This document shows, in pieces, positions 35,503-37,661 of a stretch of DNA of 37,661 nucleotides (position 1 is the stretch's first letter; every line of letters starts with the position of its first letter). The notes under the pieces are model-generated. The model saw only the letters and a program-made list of their open reading frames with translations. It did no database searches and was not told where the DNA came from. Origin of the DNA: Calditrichota bacterium (GTDB taxonomy: Bacteria; Calditrichota; Calditrichia; RBG-13-44-9); assembly GCA_024276455.1 (NCBI GenBank), contig JAJRXE010000322.1, positions 1 through 37,661 of the forward strand, written 5' to 3'. The position numbers were made by a program, and so were the translations under genes.

Positions 35503-35510
35503 CAAATTTA
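35503..35510 (-). promoter_or_regulatory. Candidate -7 box TAAATTTG (TAnnTTTG type) for tRNA-Phe
   Basis: Minus strand: TATTG-N20-TAAATTTG, ending 16 nt upstream of the mature tRNA 5' end. Confidence 0.3.
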
Positions 35511-35659
35511 TTATTTCTAATATTTCAAATCAATAACTTTTTCAATCTCTTTTCTGAAACGGTTCTATTTTAAGAAATGTTTATTTCTCCTCTCTGGCAA
35601 ATTATTGATATTGATCCCAGGATTTCCTATATTTCAAGAGCAAGCAAAGGGGCAAACAA

Positions 35660-36643
35660 ATGCGCAGACGCGATTTCCTCCGCAAGAGCATTCTCATTGG
35701 CGCCGGTTTTTCCTGGTTTCCAACCTACCAGACTCTTTTTCCGGAATTGGGCGCCAGTCCGGCACGTTCGCGGGTGGTTCAAATCAACGATCCTCAAGTC
35801 CGCAAAGGTCATTCCTTCGACGAAAAACGGATTGAGGCCATGCTCGACCGGGGCCTTTCCCTTCTGTACGATCAGGAACCGGTGGAGAAAATCTGGGCGA
35901 ATCTGTTCTCCAAAAAAGACGTTGTGGGAATTAAAGTGAACTGCCTTTCGGGAGAACACGGTTCCACGCATCCCATTCTGGTAAATGCAATCATCGAGAA
36001 ACTGCGCCGGATCGGTATTCCGGCGGGCAATATTATCATCTGGGACCGTTTGAACGAGGACCTCGAGAGCGCCGGTTACCCCATTAACTGGAAAAATCGC
36101 CACAAGGTACTGAGTTTTGGCAACGATGCGGTTGGGTTTGACAACAAGCTTTACATCAACGGGTCGGTAGGAAGTTTAATTACCCGCACCGTGACCCAAC
36201 TGTGTACCGCCATCATTAATGTGCCGGTTTTAAAAGATCACGGCATTGTGGGGGTTACCCTGGCCATGAAAAACTTTTTTGGCGCCATCCACAATCCCAA
36301 TAAATACCACGACAACAATGGCGATCCTTACGTTGCCGACCTTTACCAGCTCCGGGTAATTCGCCAGAAAGTTCGCTTAACCATTTGCGATGCGCTGGAT
36401 GCCCAGTACGAAGGCGGTCCTCCTTTCAAACCGCAATGGAACTGGCCTCTGAACGCCCTGTTATTCTCATTGGATGCGGTGGCTCTGGATCGGGTGGGCT
36501 GGGAAATCATCGAACGGAAACGGAAAGAAAAGGGATTTCCATCGTTAAAAGAAGCAGGACGGGAGCCCCGTTACATTCTGACGGCGGGGAGAAAAGGAAT
36601 CGGAGAAAGCGACCTCTCGAAGATCGAATGGATTCGCAGTTGA
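35660..36643 (+). CDS. DUF362 domain-containing protein with twin-arginine (Tat) signal
   Basis: MRRRDFLRKSILIGAGFSWF is a Tat-type leader. The body (VGIKVNCLSGEHGSTHP, INVPVLKDHGIVGVTLAMKNFFG, DALDAQYEGGP) resembles DUF362. Confidence 0.75.
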   Translation: MRRRDFLRKSILIGAGFSWFPTYQTLFPELGASPARSRVVQINDPQVRKGHSFDEKRIEAMLDRGLSLLYDQEPVEKIWANLFSKKDVVGIKVNCLSGEHGSTHPILVNAIIEKLRRIGIPAGNIIIWDRLNEDLESAGYPINWKNRHKVLSFGNDAVGFDNKLYINGSVGSLITRTVTQLCTAIINVPVLKDHGIVGVTLAMKNFFGAIHNPNKYHDNNGDPYVADLYQLRVIRQKVRLTICDALDAQYEGGPPFKPQWNWPLNALLFSLDAVALDRVGWEIIERKRKEKGFPSLKEAGREPRYILTAGRKGIGESDLSKIEWIRS

Positions 36644-36654
36644 GGAATCTGCCC

Positions 36655-37661
36655 ATGAAGGAATTCTTGAAATTAAATCGGCGGCAATTTTTGACCCTCT
36701 GCAGCGTGGCGGGCGGCTACTCCCTGGTGCATTCTCTCGAGCCGCTTTCCGCGATGGTTCCGGGCAATCCTTCCCGTAAAAGCCATCGGGTCAAAGCTCG
36801 CTGGTACGAGGAATTACCTTCCAAGCGGGTAAAATGTAAGCTCTGTCCGCGTGAATGCCAGGTGGACGATCGGGAACGGGGCTATTGCGGTGTGCGAGAA
36901 AATTGGGACGGTGTGTATTACACCCTGGTGCATTCGCGCCCCTGCACGTACCATGTGGATCCCATTGAGAAAAAGCCCCTTTTCCATTTTCTGCCCGGGA
37001 GCACCGCTTTTTCCCTTGCCACCGTGGGCTGTAATGTCAACTGCCAGTTTTGCCAGAATTGGCAAATCTCTCAGATTCGCCCGGAGCAAATCACCAATTT
37101 AGATATGCCGCCTAAAGAAGTGGTTCGGATGACCCGGCAAGCCGATTCCCGCATTATTGCTTACACCTACACCGAACCGGTGGTGTTTTCGGAATACGTT
37201 TACGACACGGCTGCCGAAGGTCGTAAAAAGGGCATTCGCAGCGTCATGATTACCAACGGTTACATTCAGGAAAAACCCATGCGCGACCTGGCCGAAGTGC
37301 TGGACGCGGTGAAAGTGGACCTGAAGGCTTTCAGCGAAAAATATTACCGCGAAATTGTGGTGGGCGAATTGAAACCGGTGCTCGACACCCTGGTGCTCCT
37401 GCGCAAGCTAAACATGTGGACGGAAATTGTTTACCTGGTTGTGCCCACGCTTAACGATAGCGAGCGCGAATTCACGGCTCTGTGCCGTTGGATTAAACAA
37501 AACCTGGGGGTGGACGTGCCGGTTCACTTCACCCGTTTTTATCCTCAATACAAACTGCAAAATCTTCCGCCCACCCCGGTAGCTACCCTGGAAAAAGCCC
37601 ACGACATCGCCCGGGCAGAAGGAATCAAATTTGTGTACATCGGCAACGTTCCCGGACATCC
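36655..37661 (+). CDS. AmmeMemoRadiSam-type radical SAM enzyme (PflA-like activase family), with Tat-like N-terminal leader; C-terminus outside the window
   Basis: Absent from the ORF track because the ORF is open at the window end. My translation gives MKEFLKLNRRQFLTLCSVAGGYSLVHSLEPLSAMVPGN...RVKCKLCPRECQVDDRERGYCGVREN...DPIEKKPLFHFLPGS..SLATVGCNVNCQFCQNWQIS...YTYTEPVVFSEYV...ITNGYI...VKVDLKAF...YLVVPTLNDS...VHFTRFYPQYKL. The CxxxCxxC motif and flanking blocks match the AmrS/PflX-like family. It starts 11 nt after the DUF362 stop, with RBS GAGGA. Confidence 0.85.
   Translation, partial: MKEFLKLNRRQFLTLCSVAGGYSLVHSLEPLSAMVPGNPSRKSHRVKARWYEELPSKRVKCKLCPRECQVDDRERGYCGVRENWDGVYYTLVHSRPCTYHVDPIEKKPLFHFLPGSTAFSLATVGCNVNCQFCQNWQISQIRPEQITNLDMPPKEVVRMTRQADSRIIAYTYTEPVVFSEYVYDTAAEGRKKGIRSVMITNGYIQEKPMRDLAEVLDAVKVDLKAFSEKYYREIVVGELKPVLDTLVLLRKLNMWTEIVYLVVPTLNDSEREFTALCRWIKQNLGVDVPVHFTRFYPQYKLQNLPPTPVATLEKAHDIARAEGIKFVYIGNVPGH

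Overview
A 37.7 kb, densely coded chromosomal segment with about 30 protein genes and one tRNA-Phe. I saw no transposase, integrase, CRISPR array or rRNA. A T9SS C-terminal sorting domain, a GWxTD-domain protein, a Caldithrix-like DPP III homologue and TAnnTTTG-type -7 promoter boxes suggest an FCB-superphylum bacterium, possibly Calditrichota-like; this is inference. The content is mostly housekeeping: thyX, nadA, ROK glucokinase, pgi, slyD, msrB, a 7Fe ferredoxin with an FprA-like reductase, an SbcCD/YhaON-like pair, an M61 peptidase and a metal ABC-uptake operon. The ORF track misses two edge-truncated genes: a DPP III-like gene (1..826, minus) and an AmmeMemoRadiSam-type radical SAM gene (36655..37661, plus). 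The strongest finding is that the ORFs 17186..17533 and 16469..17164 form one in-frame DUF3179 gene interrupted only by TGA. That TGA sits where homologues carry the first Cys of the conserved CPLC motif, giving U-P-L-C, and a SECIS-like hairpin follows it, so this is a candidate exported selenoprotein. Other findings: pgi is split by a single in-frame TAG; three tandem perfect palindromes with TTAA centres follow thyX; a DUF362 protein and a radical SAM enzyme appear co-transcribed and both carry twin-arginine leaders; the metal ABC operon has no ATPase gene and an extended permease; and one metallophosphoesterase-fold protein has lost all catalytic motifs. All family assignments come from reading motifs by eye. 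No database search was run.
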